Of a DNA stretch of 17,684 nt, positions 7,806-15,974 are shown piece by piece. Location: contig JACPCR010000037.1 of assembly GCA_016179685.1 (NCBI GenBank), positions 1-17,684 of the forward strand, given 5' to 3'. The notes beneath the pieces are model-generated. The model worked only from the letters and a program-made list of their open reading frames with translations. It was not told where the DNA came from and did no database searches. Position numbers and translations under genes: made by a program. How positions within the stretch are numbered: position 1 is the stretch's first letter; every line of letters starts with the position of its first letter. The stretch comes from Planctomycetota bacterium (GTDB lineage: Bacteria > Planctomycetota > PUPC01 > JACPCR01).

Positions 7806-9193
7806 TAACCGGAGAAGAGGCGGCAGCGCCAGACTTCCAGTTGCTGGCGGACCGGGACGGGCCCCGTCGAACCGAAGGACTGAAAGCGTGTAACGGCGTT
7901 CTCCACGCCCAGGACCTGATAGACGTCGGCCTCGATGAGCCCGGAGGCGGCCTGAAATTCTTCCAGCTTGAGGCTCTTGAGAGGGATGCCGCGGGAGATA
8001 CAGAGGCGGACGAGGCTTCCGACGGCCTCGTGTGCGCTTCGGAACGGCATGCCCTTGAGCACCAGGTACTCGGCCAGGGTCGTGGCATCCAGAAATCCCG
8101 ATTCCAGTGTTGCCCGGATGCGGTCCTCACGGAAACGAATATTCCGGGCGAATTCCCGGCACACCTCGAGGCAGGCCTGGACCGTATCCACGCTGTCGAA
8201 CAGGGGTTGCTTGTCTTCCTGGAGGTCGCGGTTATAGGCTTGTGGCAGGCCCTTGGTCAAAGTGAGGATGGCCAGCAGGTTCGCATAGACCCTGGCGGCC
8301 TTGCCCCGGACCAATTCCATGGGGTCGGGGTTCTTCTTCTGGGGCATGATGCTGCTCCCCGTGGCCACGGAATCATCCATGGCGAGGATGCCGAACTCCT
8401 CCGTCGTCCAGAGCACCCATTCCTCGGCCAGACGTGACAGATGCATCGCCAGGATCGCCAGGGCCGACAGGAACTCCACGAGGTAGTCGCGGTCGCTCAC
8501 GGCATCCAGGCTATTGGACAGAGGGGCATCGAAACCCAACTCGTGAGCCGTCGCATGCCGGTCGATGGGAAGGCTCGTGCCGGCCAGGGCGCAGGCCCCC
8601 AGCGGGGAGAGGTTCAGGCGCGCCCGGCAGTCCTCGAGCCTGCCGGAATCCCGCTCAAGCTGCTCCAGATAGGCCAGAAAATGGTGGGAAGCCAGCACCG
8701 GCTGGGCCCGCTGCAGGTGCGTGTAGCCCGGAAGGATCAGGTCGGCATTCGCCTCCGCCAGGTGAAACAGCGCCCGCTGCAGCTCACGGATGCCAGCCCG
8801 GATATGGTCCAGCTCCTGCCGAACGAAGAGGCGCACGTCCACGGCCACCTGGTCGTTCCGGCTGCGGCCCGTGTGCAGCTTCCGGCCCGCGTCCCCGATC
8901 CGCTCGATCAGCGCGGCCTCGATGTTGAGATGAATGTCCTCCCGGTCCGCGCGGAACGTGAACCGGCCCTGCTCGATCTCCGCCTCGATCTCGTTCAGGC
9001 CGGCCAGGACCGCGTCACGTTCCGCGGGCGTCAGCAGCCCGCAAGCCGCCAGCATCTTCGCGTGCGCACGGCTGCCAGCGAGGTCCTGCCGGTACAGCCG
9101 CCGGTCGAAGGAGATCGACTCGGAGAATCGCTCCACCACGGAGGAAACAGGCTTCTCGAAGCGACCGGCCCAGAGCTTCTTCTCGGGTTGCAT
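7805..9193 (-). CDS. argH: Argininosuccinate lyase
   Basis: 462 aa with an ATG start and GGTGA upstream. Fumarate-lyase signature GSSIMPQKKNPD. Full-length similarity to ArgH from the N-terminal WAGRF...SRAHA onward. Confidence 0.95.
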   Translation of the reverse strand: MQPEKKLWAGRFEKPVSSVVERFSESISFDRRLYRQDLAGSRAHAKMLAACGLLTPAERDAVLAGLNEIEAEIEQGRFTFRADREDIHLNIEAALIERIGDAGRKLHTGRSRNDQVAVDVRLFVRQELDHIRAGIRELQRALFHLAEANADLILPGYTHLQRAQPVLASHHFLAYLEQLERDSGRLEDCRARLNLSPLGACALAGTSLPIDRHATAHELGFDAPLSNSLDAVSDRDYLVEFLSALAILAMHLSRLAEEWVLWTTEEFGILAMDDSVATGSSIMPQKKNPDPMELVRGKAARVYANLLAILTLTKGLPQAYNRDLQEDKQPLFDSVDTVQACLEVCREFARNIRFREDRIRATLESGFLDATTLAEYLVLKGMPFRSAHEAVGSLVRLCISRGIPLKSLKLEEFQAASGLIEADVYQVLGVENAVTRFQSFGSTGPVPVRQQLEVWRCRLFSG

Positions 9194-9340
9194 GGCTCAC
9201 CGCGGTTCATCGTTTCGGAAGTTCATATCAGCCCCGGACTTTCAATCCGAGCCACGAGAGTGAGCGAGTGGATTTTCATTTGGACCACTCCCCTACGGTC
9301 GTGGCCCAGAATCTTGGCGCGGAGCGCCTACGTTCAAAGT

Positions 9341-9370
9341 CCTTTCAGGTTTGACGCCCCAAGCGCCTAT
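9341..9370. repeat. Direct repeat copy 1 (~30 bp; partner at 9576-9605)
   Basis: cctttcaggtttgacgccccaagcgcctat versus tttttcaagtttgccgccccaagcgcctac: 26/30 identical (87%), 235 bp apart, in the argH-ABC spacer. Confidence 0.7.
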
Positions 9371-9408
9371 TGAAATCCGCTGCACCCTTCGGGCTCGCGG
9401 ATTTCAGA

Positions 9409-9445
9409 GCCGGGGTTGGCCCGTCTTCGCCGGCCCAACCCCGGC
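9409..9445. terminator. GC-rich hairpin, candidate terminator for the ABC ATPase transcript
   Basis: gccggggttgg (from 9409) pairs with ccaaccccggc (to 9445), an 11 bp perfect stem. A second hairpin gaaatccgc / gcggatttc lies at 9372-9405. No clean U-tract. Confidence 0.35.
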
Positions 9446-9575
9446 GGCTCAGCAGAAGTCTCTGACTCAAATTTCCAACTTGTTAGCTTAACTTGGATCA
9501 TCTCGTTTGAATGCACGTCGGGATCGGGTTCGAAAGAGTTCTCATACCGTGAACCGGCCACTCCAAACTAAAAAG

Positions 9576-9605
9576 TTTTTTCAAGTTTGCCGCCCCAAGC
9601 GCCTA
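9576..9605. repeat. Direct repeat copy 2 (overlaps the stop codon of the ABC ATPase gene)
   Basis: See copy 1. Ends at the TAG (9603-9605, minus strand) of the ABC gene. Confidence 0.7.
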
Positions 9606-10382
9606 CGCGACCGCGGGCGGCTTGAGCGCCTCGGACGGGCCTTCCTCCTCCTCCGTCAGCTCGAGAAAGAGGTCCTCCAGCCAACCGCTGAAGCTCGCCG
9701 CGCCTCGAAGCTCCTTCTGGCTTCCGCACGCGATCAGCCGGCCCTTCTGGATGATCCCGATGCGGTCCGCCAGCTCCTCCGCAACCGAGAGCGTGTGGGT
9801 GGACATGAAGACGGTGGCCCCTTGGCGGGCCCTTTCCCTCAGGAGATTCTTCACCAGCCGCGCGCTTTTCGGGTCCAGCCCCACCATCGGCTCGTCGAGG
9901 ACGATGACCTTCGGGTCATGCAGCAAGGCCGCCGTGAAGACCACCTTCTGCTTCATCCCGTGCGAATAGCTTTCCGCCAGCTCGTCGGCGTAGTCCGTCG
10001 CCTCGAAGAATTCCAGCAATTCCCCTATCTTCCGTTCGCCGTCCCTGGGGTCCAGTCCGTAGAGGTTTCCCACGAACTCCAGGAACTCCCTGCCCGTCAG
10101 CTTGTCGTAAAGGTACGGCTGGTCCGGAATATAGCTCAGGTGCTGCTTCGCCTGGCGGTAGTCGCCCTGCACGCTGATGCCGTTGACCCGCACATCGCCG
10201 CTCGTGGGCAGCAGCAGCCCGGCCAGGATTTTGATCGTCGTCGTTTTTCCAGCCCCATTGGGCCCCAGGAAGCTGAAGAACTCTCCCTCCGGGATGTCGA
10301 GGCTCAACTGGTCCACCACCGTCTTTTCCCCATACCGCTTGACGAGATTGTGGAAGGAGATCATGGGCCGGAGGCCGGGCAT
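9603..10382 (-). CDS. ABC transporter ATP-binding protein (ABC-2 / NatA-DrrA-like)
   Basis: 259 aa. Walker A GPNGAGKTT, signature SHGMKQK, Walker B VIVLDEP. An alternative start 18 nt downstream (MISFHNLVKRYG) is typical for this family. Neither start has an SD. No permease gene is adjacent. Confidence 0.9.
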   Translation of the reverse strand: MPGLRPMISFHNLVKRYGEKTVVDQLSLDIPEGEFFSFLGPNGAGKTTTIKILAGLLLPTSGDVRVNGISVQGDYRQAKQHLSYIPDQPYLYDKLTGREFLEFVGNLYGLDPRDGERKIGELLEFFEATDYADELAESYSHGMKQKVVFTAALLHDPKVIVLDEPMVGLDPKSARLVKNLLRERARQGATVFMSTHTLSVAEELADRIGIIQKGRLIACGSQKELRGAASFSGWLEDLFLELTEEEEGPSEALKPPAVA

Positions 10383-10406
10383 CGACGTGGGGGAGAGCGG
10401 ACCGCT

Positions 10407-10462
10407 ACCTAGATTTCAGCGGCGGAAATGGGTTTCCGCATTTCCGCCGCTGAAATCTAGGT
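10407..10462. promoter_or_regulatory. Perfect 24 bp inverted repeat with an 8 nt spacer, 24 nt upstream of the ABC ATPase start
   Basis: acctagatttcagcggcggaaatg - ggtttccg - catttccgccgctgaaatctaggt. The arms are exact reverse complements, verified base by base. The spacer repeats tttccgc. Confidence 0.5.
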
Positions 10463-10508
10463 AAAAACACCAGCGAAATCTAAAGCCATATGGGAGGAGT
10501 TTCCCAAA

Positions 10509-10552
10509 GCAGACGGGTGCGGAAGTGCGTCAGGGCTTCCGCACCCGTCTGC
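10509..10552. other. Perfect 17 bp-stem hairpin in a long non-coding region
   Basis: gcagacgggtgcggaag - tgcgtcaggg - cttccgcacccgtctgc. Located 46 bp from the 24 bp inverted repeat. Confidence 0.45.
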
Positions 10553-11166
10553 TCGAATAGCAGAAGCATTATAGGTGTCGCCTCCGCGGGTGTCAAACGT
10601 GGATATCGAGAGCCCATCTTCGAGATTGATCACGCATCACTTCGCGTTAACATGAGCGCAGGCACTTCGCGCCCACTCCCCTCCCACAAGCACAGGTCCG
10701 GGAGACTTTGTTATGGGGCTTCGCCCTCAAGGCGGGTGATACCCACAACCCAACAGGGCTTGGAAAGGCGTCCCGCCAGACTTGTCCCAGTGGGAGGCGG
10801 GTCAGGAATCATCTGAGGCCTGACACCTATGCAACGTCTCCGCGCCCCTAACTGCATATCGAGCACCCCTCTGTCGCCCTTCCCAAACTTGTCCCTGCGG
10901 GAGGGACTCTCGATACAGGGCTTTATGGAGACATCCGCCTGAGATCCCCGGGCGGTTCCGCCTACGGCGGATTGCCTGGGCTATTTCATTTCGCCCACTT
11001 CGGGGCTCTTCTGCGAAAGTGAACAGGGAAGATTCACTCAGTTCTTACCCGCGCCTGCTGCGCGGGCACCCGGCGGAGAAGTTACAGGCTTCGACACTCA
11101 CTTACCTCTCAAGAGCTGCGCTCTTTGGCAACGCGACTGAAATTCCTTCCCATCCCCATTTTCCTC

Positions 11167-12474
11167 ATGACCAGTCCCAACCTTGCAGAAGATGTCGAGG
11201 TGCATGCCCTGCCGAATGGACTCCGCATCTTCCTCCTGGAAAAGCACGACGTTCCCGCCGTCTCCGTCCAGGTCTGGTATCAGACCGGCAGCGTGCAAGA
11301 GGAGGACGGCCGGCGCGGTGTGGCCCATCTCTTCGAGCATCTCATGTTCCGAGGCTCGGAGCATTTCGGTCCCGAAGAGCACGCGCGGCTCATCCACGAC
11401 GTCGGCGGCGAGTGCAATGCTTATACCGCCGAGCACGTGACCGTCTACTTCCAGGCCCTTCCCTCGGAGCATCTCGAACTCGCCCTTCGGCTCGAAGCGG
11501 ACCGCATGGGCGGCCTGAGGCTCGACCCGAAGGTGCTGGATACCGAGCGGGAGGTAGTCATCGAGGAGTTTCATCGATACCTCAACAACCCGTTCGCCCG
11601 GGCCTTCATCGAGTTCCGCAAGCGGCTCTACGTTTGCCATCCGTATCACTGGACGCCGCTGGGGGACCTGGAACATCTTCAGCGGTTGAGCGTCGAGGAC
11701 TGCCTTGCTTTCTACCGGACTCATTATGCGCCCAACCATGCGGCCCTGATTCTCACGGGCGACTTCCGGCCGCGGGACGCCCTCGCCCTGGTGGAGAAGC
11801 ACTTCGAGCCACTGGCGGCGTCCCCCGCGTCGCTCCGGGCTTACGAAATGGAGGGCCCGCAAGCGGGTCCCCAGCGTTTCGCCATGACTTTGCCCGTCGA
11901 GGTGCCCGTCCTCGCCCTGGCCTTCCGCATCCCGGAAGCCCAGCATCCCGATATCCCGGCCCTTTCTGTCCTCGATGCCGTCCTCGCTTCGGGCCGGAGC
12001 GCACGACTCGGGGAGAACCTCGTCAAGAAGCGTCCCGTCAGCGTTCACACGGGCGGCCACTTGCTGGTGAACCGCGACCCGGGTCTTTACATCACCTATG
12101 CCGCGTACTTACCCAGCCGCCGCGAAGTCACCGTGGTTCGCGCCATCCAGAACGAGATTCGGCGCATTCAGGAGGAAGCCATCACGGAAGCCGAGTTGCA
12201 GGGGGCCAAGAACCGCCTCCTGAGCCAGAAGATTTTTCAGCACTATTCGATGGAGTCGCTGGCCGGCGAGATCGGTTGGGCGGAATTCATCGAGGGGGAC
12301 TACCGCCGCCGAGACACGCTCCGGGAACGTCTCGAGGCGGTCTCCGCCATCCAGGTTCAGCGGGCCGCCCAGACTTACCTCACGGGGGACCGGATGACGG
12401 TTCTTTCCGTTCGGCCGGAGAAGTTTCGCCTCACCTACTGGCTCGCAGGCCTTTTCTACTCGCTGCGGGGGTAA
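11167..12474 (+). CDS. M16 (pitrilysin/insulinase-family) zinc metallopeptidase with M16 and M16_C domains
   Basis: HxxEH zinc motif (VAHLFEHLMFRGSEH) and the downstream NAYTAEHVTVYF glutamate region. The C-terminal half has M16_C character. ATG at 11167 (MTSPNLAEDVEVHALPNGLRIF). The track ORF begins at an upstream TTG at 11125, which would add a short hydrophobic N-extension and a possible signal peptide. Confidence 0.85.
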   Translation: MTSPNLAEDVEVHALPNGLRIFLLEKHDVPAVSVQVWYQTGSVQEEDGRRGVAHLFEHLMFRGSEHFGPEEHARLIHDVGGECNAYTAEHVTVYFQALPSEHLELALRLEADRMGGLRLDPKVLDTEREVVIEEFHRYLNNPFARAFIEFRKRLYVCHPYHWTPLGDLEHLQRLSVEDCLAFYRTHYAPNHAALILTGDFRPRDALALVEKHFEPLAASPASLRAYEMEGPQAGPQRFAMTLPVEVPVLALAFRIPEAQHPDIPALSVLDAVLASGRSARLGENLVKKRPVSVHTGGHLLVNRDPGLYITYAAYLPSRREVTVVRAIQNEIRRIQEEAITEAELQGAKNRLLSQKIFQHYSMESLAGEIGWAEFIEGDYRRRDTLRERLEAVSAIQVQRAAQTYLTGDRMTVLSVRPEKFRLTYWLAGLFYSLRG

Positions 12475-12485
12475 GCCGCTGTCGG

Positions 12486-12514
12486 CGCCGGAAGTGCGAG
12501 CGAACCTTCCGGCG
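12486..12514. terminator. Bidirectional terminator hairpin between the convergent M16 peptidase and ceramidase-like genes
   Basis: cgccggaag - tgcgagcgaac - cttccggcg, a 9 bp perfect stem in the 64 bp gap between the two stops. Confidence 0.5.
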
Positions 12515-12538
12515 TCGAGGACCGGGCACTCGTCAGCC

Positions 12539-13354
12539 CTACGCGGGCACAAGCGGTGATTTCGAAGTGCCGGCGGACACGGGCCGGCGCTCCCGGACCA
12601 TCTTCAGAATCCAGGCCGTGGCCCAGGCGGCCAGCAGGTGCTTGAGGGTGTGTCCGCTGACGGCGTGCCCGAGGGCATAGACCGGACGGTCCATCTCCTC
12701 CGCGACCTTGGCCAGGGCGTAGATGCCGATGACCCAGAGGGCGTGCGACCTGCAGGTATAGCGAGAGGCGAACAGGAGCAGCAGGACGGGGATGGCGGCC
12801 ATGGGGCAGAACTGGACGACCGCGTAGGGGCGCAGGTCGCCACTCCCGTTCCTTTCGCCCCAATACCAATAGACGACGGAAGCGGCGCTCAGGAAGATGA
12901 CCGGCAGGAAGAGGCCGCTGCCCGCGCGGGGTCCCAGGCGGTCGGCGCACACAGCGACGAAGAAAGACCCGAACACCAGGGTGAGGGGCAAACGGTCCCA
13001 GAAAAGCCTTTCGGTGGTCGGATGGAGGTGGTAATAGGTCGAGCCGATCCCCGTGAGGAAGACGCCCGTGAAGAGCACGATGAAGGCGTGGCGTTCCCGA
13101 GGTTTCTGGAACGAGGGCGGCCAGTCGGGCCCGAAGAGGAAGAGAAGGCCGGCCGCGCCGACCCAAAGGAAGGGGAGATTGGAGACGGAGTTGAGGAAGT
13201 GAGGCACGCCCAGGCAGGCCCGCTGGTCCGCGAAATCGTGGAATGCGGGATTCTGGGGTATGGCCCCCTGGGAGAGGATCAGGCCCGCGCCAGCGGCCAG
13301 GACGAGCAGGAAGACGCCGAGCTTCCAGGCCGAAATCCGCGCCGAACCGTCCAT
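12539..13354 (-). CDS. Alkaline ceramidase-family (PF05875/CREST-like) integral membrane hydrolase
   Basis: 271 aa with ~7 TM segments. Family motifs seen: FLNSVSNL (compare FWNTxSNL), YYHLHPTTERLFWDRLPLT (H...DELPM-like) and GHAVSGHTLKH (HAxWH-like His cluster). Confidence 0.65.
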   Translation of the reverse strand: MDGSARISAWKLGVFLLVLAAGAGLILSQGAIPQNPAFHDFADQRACLGVPHFLNSVSNLPFLWVGAAGLLFLFGPDWPPSFQKPRERHAFIVLFTGVFLTGIGSTYYHLHPTTERLFWDRLPLTLVFGSFFVAVCADRLGPRAGSGLFLPVIFLSAASVVYWYWGERNGSGDLRPYAVVQFCPMAAIPVLLLLFASRYTCRSHALWVIGIYALAKVAEEMDRPVYALGHAVSGHTLKHLLAAWATAWILKMVRERRPVSAGTSKSPLVPA

Positions 13355-13379
13355 GAGAGAGTATCCGGAGGACCGCCAA

Positions 13380-13805
13380 TCAGGCCTGCGGGCCGGTATC
13401 GTTACCTCGGGCCCTCAATTCAGCCAGGATATTCTGGAGGGTGGTGAGGATTTCCTCCTGGACCTTATCCGATCGAGAAGGCGATGGCCCGTCCAGGGCC
13501 ATGGAAGTCAGAGCGGGGCCCAGGGTGAAGAGGAGCGAGCCCACGGCCTTGCCCGTAGGCGTCTGGGCGAAGACGTCCCCGTAACCCACCGAGGCGCAGG
13601 TGGTGCAGTAGATGAGCGCGTCCCAGAAGCTGTTGACTTTTGGGTTTCGGCCTTTCTCGGCCTTGTAAAAAATGAAAGTGCAGACTCCGAGGAGGCCCAG
13701 GAGGTTGCGCAGGGGCTCCTGGCGCAGCCGGCCGGCCAAGTCATCGAGGCCTGCCGAGGCGAGAGGCCGCCCCGGAGCGGACGGTAGCGTTGGACTCGAG
13801 GTCAT
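13380..13805 (-). CDS. 2-TM potassium channel (KcsA-like, Ion_trans_2)
   Basis: 141 aa. Outer helix LLGLLGVCTFIFY, pore helix with selectivity filter TTCASVGYGD, inner helix GKAVGSLLFTLGPAL, short cytoplasmic tail. ATG start 25 nt after the upstream palindrome. Confidence 0.8.
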   Translation of the reverse strand: MTSSPTLPSAPGRPLASAGLDDLAGRLRQEPLRNLLGLLGVCTFIFYKAEKGRNPKVNSFWDALIYCTTCASVGYGDVFAQTPTGKAVGSLLFTLGPALTSMALDGPSPSRSDKVQEEILTTLQNILAELRARGNDTGPQA

Positions 13806-13824
13806 GGTCTTTCGGATTCTGTCG

Positions 13825-13864
13825 AGTCAACGGGCACGGAGGTGCACCTCCGTGCCCGTTGACT
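13825..13864. other. Perfect 40 bp palindrome between the flotillin and K+ channel genes
   Basis: agtcaacgggcacggaggtg|cacctccgtgcccgttgact. The two halves are exact reverse complements. It overlaps the flotillin stop codon by 2 nt and ends 19 nt before the channel ATG. Confidence 0.6.
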
Positions 13865-15821
13865 AACTCTCGCGGCCGGCCTGGCCTTCGGGCTCCTGAC
13901 GCCCGTGCGGTTCGTTCCCCTTGCGGGCGGCGAGGCGTTCGACGATGCCCGCAACGGTGCCGCCCATCCCGGAGGCCGTGGCCTTGGCAATTTCGGCGAC
14001 CTCCTCGGGCATGGACTTGAAAAATCCATCGACGCTGGTGGCCAGGCCGAGGCCCTTCGAATACTGGGCCATCATGGCGGCCATGGTGGCTGGATCGCCG
14101 AAGACGGTATAGTTGCCGCGGCTCATGAACTCCCCAATCGCCCTGGCCAGGGCGATGCGGGCCTCACGGTCGGCCTCGACGCGCAGTTTCTGGACCTCGA
14201 ACTCCAGGGCGGCCTGGCTGAATTCCTGCTTATTTTGGAGGGACTGGCGTTCGACCTCGACGCGTTTCTGTTCGACCTGGACGCGTTCGCGCTCGACGTC
14301 CACATCGACCATCTTTTCCGCCTTGACGCCCTCCGCCCGGATTTTCGCACCCTGGGCGTCCGCCTCGGCCAGCTTCAGCTTCGCCTCCGCCTGAAGCGAA
14401 GCCGCACCCTTTTCCGCCTCGGCCAGTTTCAACGCCTGGTAGGCCCGGACGTCCGCCTGGGTCTGCTCCTTGATCTTATCCTGTTCGATGAGCTGCTTCG
14501 CCGCGATCAGCTTCTTCAGGGCCTCGCGCTCGGCCTCGGCCGTCACCTTCACGGCCATGATCTCCTGCGCCGCACGCTCCCGCTCCGCCTCACGCTGCAA
14601 CGCGAGAGCCTGCGCCGCCGCTCGCTCCGCCTCCTTCTGGGCCACCGCCACCTCCTTCTCCCGGCTCGTGGTCTCCACCACCCGAGCCCTTCCGATGTCC
14701 GCCGTCTCCTTTTCCTTCTGCTTCCCGATCAGCGCAATCTCCTTGTCACGGTTGCTCAACTCGACGACCTTGGCCCGCTCGATGTCCGTGACCTCTCTTT
14801 CCTTCGCCTTGGAAATGAGCAGGACCTCCCGGTCCACCTGCGCGGCCTGCACGTCGCGGTCCTGCTGGACCTGGGCTGTCTGGACCGCCCTGTCCTTTTC
14901 GATGTTGCGCTCGGCCACGGCCTGATCCTGCTCGATCTGAAAGGCCTGGGCCCTGCGCTTGGCCTCGGCCCGGATGTTCGAGACCTCCAAGGTCTGGACC
15001 GCTTCCGCCGCCGCACGCTCCTTTTCCAGGTCCAGCACCTGCTTGCGGGTCTCCACGTCCTTCGCCGTGATCTCGCGCTCCGCCTGGCGCTCGATACGGT
15101 TGCGCTCCACCTTCGCCTCCTGCGTCACCTGCGCGATCCGCTTCTTCCCTTGCGCGTCGAACACGTTGCTGTCGTTCAGAAGCTCCGTGTCCGTCTGGTC
15201 CAGCCGCGAGATGGTCACCGCCTCCAGCGTGAGGCCGTTCGCCTTGAGATCGCTCCGGACGATCTCATGGACCGCCTCGGCGAACTCGTTGCGCTTGGTG
15301 TGCAGCTCGACGAGGGCCTTTGTCGCCGCGACACTGCGCAACGCCGAAACGAGCTTCTCGAAGACCAGATCGCCCACGGATTGGGAATTGACCGAGCGCC
15401 CGCCCAGGGAACGGGCCGCATCCAAAATGTCGTCGCGGTTGGCCTGCACCTTGATATAGAACTCCGCCTTGATGTCCACGCGCAGGTTGTCCTGCGTGAT
15501 CAAGGCGTCCGGCCCCTTGCGCTCCACCTCGAGCTTCATCGTCTCGAGGCAGACCGGGACGGTCCGATGCCAGATGGGGATGACGAAACAGCCGCCGTCG
15601 AGCACGACCAGCGCCCCGCCCTTGCCCGTCCGGACGAACGCCTCGCTGGCGAGGGTTTTCCGGTAGAGCTTGGTCGACGCGATGATGAAGAGGGTGGCCA
15701 GGAGAAGAAAGACGCCGGCCACGGCGCAAATGCCGCCTGCGACGGGGGAGACGACGCCGACGACTCCCAGGCCAATCAGAGCGACGGAAACGAGGATCAA
15801 GACAAAAGCAATGAAGCCCAT
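13863..15821 (-). CDS. Flotillin / YqiK-like SPFH (band-7) family protein
   Basis: The track ORF extends to 15974. The likely start is the ATG at 15821 (MGFIAFVLILVSV..., N-terminal TM), preceded by GGGAGG with a 5 nt spacer. SPFH domain, a long Glu/Ala/Arg/Lys-rich coiled-coil with internal repeats, and a flotillin-type C-terminus (GEFMSRGNYTVFGD). Confidence 0.85.
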   Translation of the reverse strand: MGFIAFVLILVSVALIGLGVVGVVSPVAGGICAVAGVFLLLATLFIIASTKLYRKTLASEAFVRTGKGGALVVLDGGCFVIPIWHRTVPVCLETMKLEVERKGPDALITQDNLRVDIKAEFYIKVQANRDDILDAARSLGGRSVNSQSVGDLVFEKLVSALRSVAATKALVELHTKRNEFAEAVHEIVRSDLKANGLTLEAVTISRLDQTDTELLNDSNVFDAQGKKRIAQVTQEAKVERNRIERQAEREITAKDVETRKQVLDLEKERAAAEAVQTLEVSNIRAEAKRRAQAFQIEQDQAVAERNIEKDRAVQTAQVQQDRDVQAAQVDREVLLISKAKEREVTDIERAKVVELSNRDKEIALIGKQKEKETADIGRARVVETTSREKEVAVAQKEAERAAAQALALQREAERERAAQEIMAVKVTAEAEREALKKLIAAKQLIEQDKIKEQTQADVRAYQALKLAEAEKGAASLQAEAKLKLAEADAQGAKIRAEGVKAEKMVDVDVERERVQVEQKRVEVERQSLQNKQEFSQAALEFEVQKLRVEADREARIALARAIGEFMSRGNYTVFGDPATMAAMMAQYSKGLGLATSVDGFFKSMPEEVAEIAKATASGMGGTVAGIVERLAARKGNEPHGRQEPEGQAGRES

Positions 15822-15974
15822 AAATGCCTCCCTGACTGTCCGATACCGGAATGCGGATGGCAGCTCCGGCATCCTGAACGCCTTTCCCGGTTCGGAAGCA
15901 CGGGACCCCTTCCGAACTGGGAAAGTCAACAGGTGTCGGTTTCGGAAACGCGGGTGCGCTACCGAACCCGACAC

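Noticed and set aside
9478-9560. tRNA-like fragments (tagcttaacttgg D-arm-like; gggttcgaaag T-loop-like)
   Set aside because: No paired acceptor or T stems can be drawn. TTCGAAA instead of TTCGAAT and no flanking complementary stem. At most a degraded tRNA-like remnant.
10490-10816. 108 aa ORF in the long non-coding region
   Set aside because: Rare-codon usage (aga, ata, att) in a high-GC genome. It spans the 17 bp hairpin and has no protein-like features.
10560-11120. RNase P RNA, tmRNA or SRP RNA
   Set aside because: Local resemblances (aggtccggga, ggaaaggcg) do not extend to the conserved P4, tag-peptide or domain IV consensus. Not supportable without covariance-model search.
15822-15974. 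N-terminal extension of the flotillin ORF (MSGSVAHPRFRN...)
   Set aside because: Translation of intergenic DNA. The ATG at 15821 has a strong GGGAGG SD and begins with the expected N-terminal transmembrane helix.
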